DNA of 57,378 nt, the filler included, from Streblomastix strix (Eukaryota): the NCBI GenBank assembly GCA_008636045.1. It is 2 parts of 2 records of this genome, joined end to end, with 100 filler letters (N's around TTAATTAATTAA, not from the genome) between each part and the next. Parts side by side here need not be neighbours in the genome. Positions count along the whole stretch, not along the records: positions 1 to 28,646 come from SNRW01000117.1; 1 more part is not named here. The stretch is one strand, 5' to 3'. This document shows, piece after piece, positions 14,839-27,121 of the stretch. The notes beneath the pieces are model-generated. The model saw nothing but the letters and a program-made list of their open reading frames with translations. It was not told the origin of the DNA and did not search any database. Every line of letters starts with the position of its first letter. Positions within the stretch are counted from its first letter, which is position 1. The position numbers and the translations under genes are program-made.

Positions 14839-17800
14839 TCCCTGATTAGATATGAATATGTTTAATAGCAACTTGTAAGTAAAGGAAGGAGAAAATAAGA
14901 ATATTAATGATACGCAATAATATACTTAATTATTGACATAGTCATAATTATAAGATGATTTAATACCTTAAAATTAATTATTATAATCTAATTTACCATT
15001 AAATTCTTCTGAATTAGATTCTTAAACCTCTAATTAATCACTTTCAAGTAATAACAACTATTAAATACAATTATAATAATAAGAATTGATGGATAACTTA
15101 TAATAATAATCATAACATAACAATCTTCCTTAATCTGCTCCTTCTTCTCCGAGCAAATATGTTAGTTAATCTCCTGGTAATATTCATTCTGATTAATAAG
15201 TTAGATAATATTTGTATAATAGTAATTTTAATAAAATGATCTAATAGAAACAAAAATCTAAATTACAGATTAAAAGTGGTCTTGGTATTTAATAATCAAA
15301 ATAGAATGCATTAGGATAAGATTAATAATTGAATGATGAAGTAAGTGGATTAATACCATAATATGGAGTATATTCACATTCCCCTTAATCTTCTTTCTCA
15401 TTAACTCTCTCTGAATCATCAGCTGCATCTACTGCTTCTACAATGCAATCATCATCATCATCCTGAACATCATTGTCTATTTAGTAGTAATTGGGGTCTT
15501 AGCTTGGAGTTGGAATATCATAACCCACTCCTATGGAAATTACATTGCACCCAAAAAGTTAAATTATTGATAACAAGTAATTTTAGACATCACTTTCTAA
15601 TTTATCAACTTTACGAATTGATTAATAATAACATGGGCATCACAAAGAAGATATAATGAAGTTAAGATTGTCTTAACCTTAAACTGCAAAAGAGAAAACA
15701 AGAGCAGTTCACAAGAATGTTATGTCTCCATTAAAGTAACAATAAAATGATTATTTCCCTAACATGAAATTGAATAATGAAAATAAATGATTACTTGACA
15801 ATAAGAATAATAAAGAAATTATAAATATATAAAATCATATTGAAATCAAAGAAGAATCAAAAAAGAAGATTGGAAGATATAGTACAGATGAAGATTCTGG
15901 AACAGGAAGCTCTGAGAATAGTTAAGAGAAAAGCAATGGAAATGAAATTCATTAAAATTAATTAAAAGATGAAGAAAAAAATAAAGAATAATAATAAAAC
16001 GAACAATAAAGTAAGAAATAGTACTAATAAAGATAGAATTATGAAGAATAAAGAACACAAGCATTAAATATTCAACATCATTAGTCTGTTGATGAATTAG
16101 TGTAAAAATAAGAAGTGATATAAGTTGCTAAAAGATATAGAAGTGACTTTGATGTCATTTAGAAAACTTTATCAAAAGAGAAGAATATTAGCTCTGAATA
16201 ATAGAAAGAATAAGATATTAATAATATTACAGATAATAATCACATAAATGAAAACCAAGAATCATAATTAGATTAATTCAAACACTCTTTTCCGATATTA
16301 CATTATATTGAATCACAAACGGATCCTTTCTCAAATTCATCTCATTCATCATAATCTGATCCAACACCACATTCTTAGGAACATACATAGAACACATCTT
16401 CATCATCATTATATGCAATGTCATAATCATCATCATCATCATTGGATAAGATAATAGATGAAACATAGCCTATATAACAAAATAAAAAAGAAATATAAAC
16501 ATAGTAGCAAAATAGTGAAGAAATAATAGAAACTCCTCCTAAACAATTTATTTCTTATTAATAAAATAAATTATAATTCTAATAATTACCTTCATAAACA
16601 CTCCAATCATTATCACATAAATCAGAAAGTGAATCTTAATAAGTATAAATTAATACTCCATTTTAAAATCCAAATATCAATTAATCAAAATAAAAGACAC
16701 TTCCTCCATTAGAACAATCAGTCCAATCTCCATTTAAAATTAAAGAAAGATAATTAATTGTTTAAGGAAATAATAATAATATAAATAGAAATAAGAATTA
16801 AGAACGAATAATTTAAGATAGTTAAAGAATAGGATAAAACTAAGAATTTTAAGAAATTAACAAGAATAATGAGAAGATAAATTCATCCTTCTTGACAAAT
16901 ACATTTGGAGATAGTTATCATGATAATAGAATTAAAGATGAAGATGTAAGTTAATTAAAAAACAAGAAATTTATAAATAATTAAACTAAGAATAAAACGG
17001 AATTAATTAGTTAATATTCAGATGGTGTATAATAATAAATATAATAGAATGAATAAGACGATTTACAATATGAAGATCCAGTTCCATTTTCAAAGACACA
17101 ATTAAGGCCTCCTCATCCGCCATATAGTTAAAGAACTCCAAAGAAAGACAGAAACATGAATATTTAGATTTCTCCTAATTAATAATTGAAGATTAGCTCA
17201 AACTTTGAAAATACGTATGAATGGAATTAATTGTTTGATTAAAAAAAATTTTCAATTAGTTACGATGGATTTAATTTCCAATAAAGTTTATTTTATGGAA
17301 ATTAATCATATAATTTTTAAAGAAGATCTAAAGATAGTGAAAATGGAAATTTGATAAATAACAAAGATATTCTGAGAAGAATAAGAAATTAAAGAAGACA
17401 CATTGGAAAATTTGCAATCAAAGTAGACAATGGAGAAGAATATATATTCATACGCTATAAAAATGAAGAGTAAAATAGAAAAAGCTTAATTTAAGAAAAA
17501 TTCGAATAAAAAAATAAGTAGATGAAATTGCCTTCTAACAATCAGGCAAAGAAATAAGCTGATACAACACAAGACAATAATTAATTATTTGAATTAAATT
17601 CTATGAATGATTCTGGAAATAAAGAGAAAGTATTAACCAATTCAGAAGATGGAGATATTAGTAGCAGTAATAGCAGTAGTTCACATATTTAATCAATGCA
17701 AGACATACAAGGACGTTTCTTATTCCCAAGAGGTCTTCCTAAACCAATTTAATATATTTAATATGTATAATATTATCCTCTTTAATCTCCATCAATATCA

Positions 17801-19213
17801 ACATATGGATCTCCAATTCTATCTTAAGCTTCATCTCCTTCTTAATCATAAACTCCTTCTTCTTCATCATAACAGGGAATATACACTTCTACTCAATCTC
17901 CACAATCTAATTCATCTAATTCTTCCATTACTGAGACTCCAGGATCAGTTAAATATTAGGGATTACAGCACTAGAAGGAATCTGAATAAAAAGAAAAGGA
18001 AAAACAATCTAATTAAAATGTGCCAATTCCATATAACATTTACATAAAAGAGAATTTTCAATTTTCACCAGAAGATTTATTTGAGAATCTTCTTAATGCA
18101 AATTAGTTTAATTAAATAGGAAGAGAGAGAACAAATAGTGAAAATGAAATCCTTGAATCATCTCAAAATAAAAATAAATAAGATCAAGATACTAAAGATT
18201 CAAAACTGTAATTTTTCTCAGACCAATAACATTCTAATACTTCTGACAAAGTATAGAATATTAGCCATTCTCCAATATTGAAAGAACATTCGTTGGGCTT
18301 ACAAACATAAAACCTTGTATTTACTTAATATAATAAATCATAATCAACGCAATTACCTACATAATCTTCTCTTAATATACCATCTAATGAGAAAATCCCT
18401 ACAATTTTATCTTCTTTAAATTAAAACTATAATTAATAAAAGTTCCCTTCTGTTCAATCTATTCTTTTCTAAATGCCTAATGATAACATTAACAACACAA
18501 CTCATATGCAATAATAATAATATCCTCCATTTTCTTATCCATTAAATCTGGCTCAATCTCCACCAATATCACCAATTGGAGACTAAACACCTTTAATGTC
18601 TCCCATTATTTCTCTTACTATATAATCAGCTCCAATTTTATAGGCTCCATAAAGTCTATTAATGAGAATGCGTGAATCACAGCAATCAATTGAAAGAATG
18701 CCAATATACAGCGAATTAAGATCTCCAGAAGTTATACGGAATAAATTAGCAATGCGATCATCCTCATAAATGTCAATGCGATTATCTGATGCATATTCTT
18801 CACCTTAAGATGCATTTCGATCTTCGAATTCAAGTGTTTGGAATTAGCAACATCCTGAAATAGCGCCAATATAGCTCACATCATCTATCTAGCTTCTTCA
18901 TGGGCTGAGAGATCTTGCAAGTCCTCCTATTGGAAACGCACCAGGAGGAAATGGAGTGAACATGGGAGCATAAGTACATCTTCTTGCATCTACTATGGCA
19001 AAGCTCAGACAATTAATGGATGCACAGATCGAGCATTTGACTAGCAGTTCAAATGAAAGCGATAATCCTGTAACTGAAAGTAGTACATAGCAGACAACGG
19101 ATGGGCATGATAGTAATTCGAGTAGTTTTGAACCTAGCGGAAATTCAAGCAATGATTTAATGTAAAGTAAAAAAGAAATAGAAGAAAGATCTTGGAACTT
19201 CCTCACTTAGTGA
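12186..19213 (+). CDS. Very large low-complexity (Q/N/S-rich) hypothetical protein
   Basis: Several small 5' exons (structure uncertain), then one frame 12851-19213 (2120 codons before the terminal TGA) with polyQ and polyS tracts and no frameshift. Four internal in-frame TGA (13385, 14843, 15464, 15788). Confidence 0.7.
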
Positions 19214-19318
19214 CACATTTCAAAACTAAAAATATATTTATATATTAATTTAATTCTGTATTTATATTGCCAATATATTAATAAATTAACCAATACTAAA
19301 AATAAATTATGTTGATCC

Positions 19319-22124
19319 TCAATATTCACCTGAAGTAAGTTTGTATGTTTTGTTTCCTTTAAGAAGAAGTTGACCACTTTAGTTCATTTTATCAATTAAA
19401 GCAGTTATATCTTTGGTTATGGCACATGCTCGTGCTGCACTGAATATTTCTGACTTTGTGAACAAACTGTTACCACGTTACTGAGCAAGAGAATTGAGTG
19501 CTCTCATCAGACGTTATGAATCTTTCTGTCTGCTCATCCCAGATGCTCGTGTTACATCAACCAATCCAGTCTCAGTAGCAAGATTCTCATATAAGGACTT
19601 CTTCATCAGATCAATAGCTTCCTAAGCATCAGATTCAGTAACTTCCTCTCTCAATTCACATTTTGCCCTAGCTTCAGCCAATCTAACAAGTGACTCAAGT
19701 TATCTAGCAGTAACAACAGCAGCATCAGAGGTATGATGTATTCGTCTAAGCTCAATGAAGTAATCTCTTAGTTTCCTTCTTGCAGGACCAGTAAGATGAG
19801 GATGACAATGTGCACGAGCATATGCAATATACCTTCTTAAGTGTTAGCAAGGAACAAGATCTAGTAATGGTTGATCAATAAGGGATGCTGCCCCCATTGA
19901 TGCTTGTGATTGTGAAATTGGAACAAGAGGACTGGATTATTAAGAGAAGTTATGTTGAGTATGTTATATCCTTGGAGTACTTAGTGTAGATGGAATATGT
20001 GGAACTAGAGGTGAAGGAGAAGATATAAATTAGCTATTAAATGCAGACTCCTACATATTCCTATATCCAACTTTATCAGCAAATTGTGCAGGTGCTGGAA
20101 TAGAGAATGGAATTTGTACTCCATTAGAATATTCAATCTTTTAACTTCTCTAACTTTCAGATAGACTACTCTATATTATACTATTATCACGTGTACTTGT
20201 TGTGCTATCAAACCATCTGTCTTCTTCATGTGTACGACGTCTATCAAATTCTTCTGGATTCTCTGCGCGTTATGCATGCATTCTGACAAGATGATCAGAT
20301 AATCTACTATCTATATCTACATCTGGCTTGTCCATCATTACAAATACAAGATCAAATCGTGAGAGTATCATTGGAGATAAACGAAGATTCTCACTCACTG
20401 TCTTTGTTAAATCATAATGTCCACCACTTGGATTCGCAGCTGCTAAAACAGAAGTTCTTGCTTAAAGAGAGCAAACCATCCCACCTTTAGCTATTGAGAT
20501 GCTTTATTGTTCCATGGCTTCAAGTAGTGACTAATGTTCATGACCCATCTTATCAAATTCATCTATACAGCATGTTCCTCTATCTCCAAGAATCAGTGCT
20601 CCAGCTTCCAATGCAAAATCACCTCCTTCTTTTACAACAGTCACAGTGAGTCCAGAACTTGTAGTAGTGTTGCCACAGACATAAACACCTCGAGGCGTGG
20701 CTGATGCAACTGCTCTGAGCATCTAACTCTTACCCATTCCAGGATCACCAACAATTAATACATGAATACTGCTTCTAATTGGACTGTATGCTGTGTTAAC
20801 CATTGATTCTCCACTTGATTGTGCAATTGCATTTCCTTATGCATTCATTTGAGCAGGCATTGCATTGGATGAAGATCCTTTTAAGTTTCCTTATCCAATA
20901 CGAACTGTTCCTCCAAAGAGAGCTAAAAGAAATCCTTGTTTGATTTGGTGATGCCCATATATATTAGGAGCTAGCGAGTTAGTTAAGAATGTAAACAAGT
21001 TCGGACGAAGTACCACTTTCCTTATTAGAGCAACATCACGAGCTGTAGAAAATGGACTAGTAGTAGAAGGATCAGGAATAGCAATTCCATCTCTGGATGT
21101 AGTTATATTATTAGCAAATATGTACAATAAGAAGAGCGTCTATGGCTTCCTTACAACTTATGCAGAACCACGTCCCCCACGTCCTCTCCAATTATTATAT
21201 CCTCTTTAATTACCTCCTCCCCTGTTAGATTATTGATTCCCACCACTGTTGGATGTACCTTCTGAATCAATTGATACTATTCTAGCTGCACCACTGACTG
21301 TAGCTATATCTCCAGGTATACAAGATCCAACTAATTCTTCAGTGAGTTCACATTCAATAGTTCTGGGTACACGTCCACTATCTTTATAGTCAGTTATTAT
21401 CTCTTATATTCTAATCTTCTGCCAATCAACAGCTTGTATAGAGCGTTTGTCAATGTTGAATATATGACTCTTACATCCATCAGTGTAGCATTTAGAAGGT
21501 GATCTATAGCGTCCTTCAGGAAAAGCCATCGTAATTCGAGCTTCACATCGCAAACAGACGAATGTTGCTTCAATAACAAGCGGTCTTACTGGTCCAACAC
21601 GTACAACGGTTCCTTTGATGCTGACAAATCGGTTAATATAGTTTGATTTAATGTCTCTTAAAGATAGTATTCGATAGTTCGATATACGAACAGCAACAGT
21701 ACGGTCTGAATAAGGAAGCCCAATAAAACCACCATCTCTGAAGATAACTTGATGAGCAGCAAGTCCAATAATTCTTACAATAGTATCATGTTCTTATTCC
21801 ATATTTGTCATAAAGTTAGACAGTGCTGGACCTTAGAGCAATTTAGATTCTGGTGGAATTGTTCGCAGGACTAGAGCATCGAAATTGATAATGAACCTGC
21901 GCGTCTAATCATTCTGTAAATACAACATAAAAATATAAATTACAAATATTAAAATGGTTGTAACTAACCTATGAGAGTGCTAAAGCGTACTTGGATGAGA
22001 AGAAATCAATCCATTTTTCGATATCAACTTTGATGCCAGCATTCTCTTCAAACGACTCTCCAGGAAAGTACATACTCCATCCAATATATGGACAAGTATG
22101 CATATCTCCCTTTCCATGTTTCAT
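19319..22124 (-). CDS. MCM8: DNA helicase MCM8
   Basis: [101 protein letters not shown]. One intron about 21915-21969. Confidence 0.93.
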
Positions 22125-22408
22125 TTCTACTAAAAAAAATATTTTCATTAAGAAAATGATGAATTGTGAAAAATAATTTCTTTTTGTTAATTCGTCGAAG
22201 TACAATTTTAAAATAGTTGTCCATTAATGTAAACATGTTATATATTATTTCATTTAGTTGGACTATACACCATAGTTAAAAATAGGGGGTTTGTATTACA
22301 CAAAACAACTAAAATTGTCAAAACATACAATAGAAAGGATGTAAAAAGTTGATTATTTTAGATTTTTATTTAAGCTGCTGGATACGCTCAATACTGAGGT
22401 GAAACTGC

Positions 22409-22765
22409 TCATTTAGCCTTCTTTTGCTCGGATTGATAGGTCGCTCCACATTTTCCACAGTAAACACGGTCCTTGTGCTGCGCCATGAAAACACCAGCAC
22501 CACAGGTTGGTGATTTGCATTCTACGCGGTTGTGAATCACAGTGCCATCATTTTATATACTGTAGTACTTCAGAACGGCTAACTTAACCTTCTTTTTCTT
22601 GTGCTTAATTTTCTTTGGCTAAGTATAGACCTTTTTCTTGTGTTTCTTGCCTCCACCACGTAAGCGAAGCACATCATCATATTCAAATTCCGCTTCAATT
22701 CAAATATAGCAATTATATATTGAAAAACATATATATGGGCAAAAATTATATCACATACGCGCCAT
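22409..22765 (-). CDS. RPS27A: 40S ribosomal protein S27a (eS31) with a 16-aa vestigial ubiquitin leader
   Basis: Exons 22765-22759 and 22692-22409: [66 protein letters not shown]. Confidence 0.93.
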
Positions 22766-22904
22766 TCCCTGAAATATATATAAAAAAATGATTGATTAGC
22801 TAAAAATTAAACCAAAATCTATTTGTTAAGTTCAAAAAATTGTACAACAAAGTTAATATAACACTATATAAACAATTGAATTATGAGAGACTAATACAAA
22901 TTAT

Positions 22905-23473
22905 AAAGTAATTAGAATTATTTAATGATGAGAAATGATGGATAGAAGGAATAAAGCTATAAATAATAAAATCAATGATATAAATATGCCGGAAATTGAA
23001 AATTTGTATAATTGGAATTAATCATATGTATTGCTCAGAGCAGAAATGAAAAACAAAATAAAAAAATAAAAAGTGTGAAATCGGGAGTTGACTTGAAATA
23101 AATAAATGTTGATAGAAATTAATAAATTATATTATTATAATATAATTGAAATAATAACTCCAATACTTCATAAGGTGGCTATAAACACAGGAAAACGATG
23201 CGCAAGTAAATATTTGTTTTACTGCGGTGAAACATGAAAAATTTCAGGTAATAATTCAAAAATATTATTTAATGGTTGTGCTTTATGATTTGTGATAGGT
23301 ACGAAAGTATATGCGCAAGAAAAACGAGTTCGAAGGACGATCACGCCCCTGACCGAGAAATTTTCTGTCAGATCTCGAGTAGGACCAATTTGGGGTTGAA
23401 TAATTTGTAAATTGACATTATGAATTATTAATAATTTATTAATTATAACTATTTTTATTTAAGTTAGTTATTA
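22905..23473 (-). repeat. Intergenic cassette A, copy 3 (upstream of RPS27A)
   Basis: Near-identical to 4853-5423. Confidence 0.92.
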
Positions 23474-23483
23474 TAAAATTAGT

Positions 23484-24573
23484 TCATTGATATGAGTATA
23501 AAATTAGCTGAGACATGTCTGCACAAATTTCTGTGAGATGCTTATGCGCTTTCTTCAAAAGAGATGATGACAATTTTTCAGCTTTGTTCTCAGATGTTGA
23601 TAAAATAGCAAGTGATACAAGATAATCATCATTAATGAGTATTTTCTTCTGCTCTTCTATAATATTGTGCTCTAAAATGTTTTTCTTATCTTAAAAGTAA
23701 GGTATTCTTGATCGTGCAATGGGAGCAAACTCTCCTTGAGCTGAAAGAGATTTAAATAGCAGTTTCAAACTCCCTGGCAAAGATCTTTCATTACTAATGT
23801 TGTGTGAAGTTAATATATTTATCAACTATTTCTGCTATTATACTGGTTCTACAAGAGATAATGTCTTATTAATATATAATGAGAAATTATTTAGAGAAAA
23901 TTATAAATAAAAAAGTAAATATACTGAATCTTAACTGTCAGTATAAACTTTCAATATGAATTCTAATTTCAAATAATCTATTTCATCGCGAGGAATGTCT
24001 AAATTAAGACAGAAAAGAATACTAAGAATAGTTTTGTTGTTTGTCTAAACTGGATTTTCAATCTGGATGTCTAAAATAGTTAAACCCACAAGTTATTCCC
24101 AAATATCAGTTATTTTAAATGATTAATGTTTTAGAATAATTTGTTCTTTTGCATTCAAGGCTTGTTAGTCTTGTAAAGTGGATTTTTAGGTCAGTAAAGA
24201 AGTTTATTCTACAGATGAAGCTTCAAGAGCAACTTTCTTGAGATCAGAAAGTTAATTCTTCAAATCTAAAATATTCTTATTCTTCTCTTCAAGAAATTAC
24301 TTACAATCATTTTCTTCAGATTCAAAGTCTGTACATCCTTAGAGAACTGAATCAAAGAATTCTTCCCCATATTCAATTGATATATCTTACATTACATCTT
24401 CTGCAAAATTAATCTCTGTTTTATATTGTTCCAAAATTTTCTGAAAAAAACAATATTCCTGAAAATGAAAAAATTGAGTTTGTTTAAAGTTAAAAAACCT
24501 CAAGTTCACTTTATAACAGTTCTTCCTCCTTATCCAATGGCAATACTTATAATATTTAACTAAAATTATCCAT
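23484..24573 (-). CDS. Hypothetical coiled-coil protein (multi-exon)
   Basis: Open spliced frame MDNFSQILQVLPLDKEEELLQSELE..LTEICADMSQLILYSYQ* with TAR=Gln. No family recognised. Confidence 0.6.
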
Positions 24574-24601
24574 TCAAATTCCTGAAAAAAGAGAGGATAT
24601 A

Positions 24602-25672
24602 AAATAATTATTTTAAAAATTAGATCAAATAGTGATTTAATCATAAAAATAATTTTGAATTATGAGTGATTGATTAAAGAAAAAGAATATATCTATAAAA
24701 TAATTATGAATAATTTATTGGAATAATAAAAGAAATTGAAATTGTTCGAATATTTGTCGATAATAAATTTTGTTTTGTTTTTTGTTCAATGTTTCAAGAT
24801 ATTTTATTGGATTTATGAAAAGTTTAGAATTATCATATATATTTGGTTAAATTATAAACATTTTTATTATATTTCAAAGTGAAATATTAAATTAAGAACG
24901 AAAATTTGGAGATTGTAAACAAAATTGAACATATCATGCTTTGAAACTTTAAATATATTAAATAATTGTTGAAAGTTGTACAATATAAAGTATCTTTATT
25001 TGAGAAATAAATATTGAATAATTTTGAGATTTGGTTCGTGTGGAATTAAGAAATTAGTTTCAAGATTGGTAATAGGTCAAAATAATGTATTGGACACATT
25101 TTTGGATATGAATGCATTTAATTGAACGCTTTTGCAAATTCAAAATAATGAATAATTATATGGAAAGAAGATTGAATTACAAAGCAGAAATCCTCATTAT
25201 TGGTTACTGATTAATATTATCTTTCCAATTAAATATTCAAAAACATACATTTAATATGAATGTAATATAGATTCATTGATTAACTCACCATATATTGCAA
25301 TAATGTAAAATTGCGAATTCTCTCTCGATAATAATTTTCTTACTTATTCAAACTGAAATTTATAACGCATTTTAATCTTTTAATTTAATCTGCTATCAAA
25401 CCACATAATTATGATTCCCTTACCCTAAAATGAAGCATAAATTTATTTTTCGCTATAAATGCATATTTCATCTGTTCCTATTTGTTTGACAATAAATAAC
25501 ATATTTAGATATGAAATAAATCTTTAATTAGACATATTTTAATTATTTATTTTTGAAATTTCATCGTAAATACATTTTATGAAACAGAAATAATAACTAA
25601 AATTAATAATAATATACTAAATATTTGTATATGCATCATATCTAATCAATTTATTTTTATATTTTTTTTCTT
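24602..25672 (+). repeat. Intergenic cassette B, copy 2 (fills the divergent hypothetical / HAD spacer)
   Basis: Colinear with 7932-8996. Confidence 0.93.
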
Positions 25673-25723
25673 ATTATCTTAATATTTTTATTTGATTTAA
25701 ATAAATTATGAAAATTATAGAAG

Positions 25724-26983
25724 ATGGATTAAATACCAATAAACTTGTCAAAAGTTAAAGTATTTTGCTCAGATTTAGATGATACCCTTTTAGATGATAA
25801 TTAGAAGATACAGCCTTATACAAAAATGATGCTATAATTACTTCTTAAAAGTGGAATTCATGTTGTATTTGCAAGTGGGAGATCACCTGATAGTGTGAGT
25901 AAATACACAAGAGAGATTCAAAGCTAAGAAATTCCATCTGATAATTAAGACATTCCAATTATTGCACTCAATGGGGGCTTTGCTTCTGTTTAGGGAATCA
26001 AACCTTATAAAGCAACTTTGAAGGAAGACATCATATTAAAATCGTTAGAGTATTGTGAGAAAAACAACTATTGCATTGGTATATCAATTGATAATTTAAT
26101 TCATATATCTTCAAAAACATAATAACTTATTTAATTTTCAAATATTCTTTTGTTTATACTTGAAGAATTCTACTCTGATGAAAATGTGATAATCAGTACT
26201 AAAGATTCATAATATCATCAATACCATAAAAATTTAGTGGGAGTTGATGTTTAACTTATTTTTTTACTATTAATTTTTATACTAATTATTGTATTGTAAT
26301 TATTGTATTCTAAAATAGGGTATTTTGATGAGTTATTTTGAAATGAGATAATTTTGCCTTTCAAAACCACCAGCAAAATTTCTTATTTGTGAAGATCCAC
26401 CTTTGATTTAAAACAAGTATAAATATTTGTTTTGATTTTATTAATTAAAAAAATATGAAACCTTTTTTAAGGATTATTCCCGACCTATCAAAATATCTTC
26501 CTTCAACATCTCGTATATTAGTAACTAAACCTTGTTTCTTAGAAGTATTGCCATCTGATACTACAAAAGCAAATGCATTAGAATGGGTTTGTAAGTATGC
26601 AGAAATATTTATTATTTGGTTTCATTTATATTAATTTATAAAAATGTATGTTATTATTTGGATAAGAAATAAATTTAAATGTAGTTTAGATTAAGTCTGT
26701 TCAATTGGTGATGGTGTTAATGACATCGAATTAGTATATTTCATAATTTCAAAATTTTACATTCGCCTTATAATTATTATTTTATTTATTTCAATATTTA
26801 TTATTATAGCTTCAAAAATGTGGACTATCATATTGTCCTGCTAATGCAAATGAAGCTGCAAAACATGCTGCATAACACATACTTAGTTGGACAAATACTT
26901 AGGACTGCGTCGGCAAATTAATAAACTAGATATTCTTTGATAACAAATATGACATTGGATCGCTCTCAAAAACAATTCTTTGA
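25724..26983 (+). CDS. Cof-like HAD-superfamily hydrolase (multi-exon)
   Basis: VFCSDLDDTLL, VVFASGRS, IALNGG, LEVLPSDTTKANAL, SIGDGVNDIE, PANANEAAK. Confidence 0.88.
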
Positions 26984-27121
26984 AAGTAGAATTTTCATTT
27001 ATTAAACAAATTATCCATCTCTTTTTAGAAATAATAAAACTTACAACTACTGTTACATTTTTTATTTATATAATTTAATAATACAAAATAACTTAAGAAA
27101 TAGATTGCAAACATAGAATTA

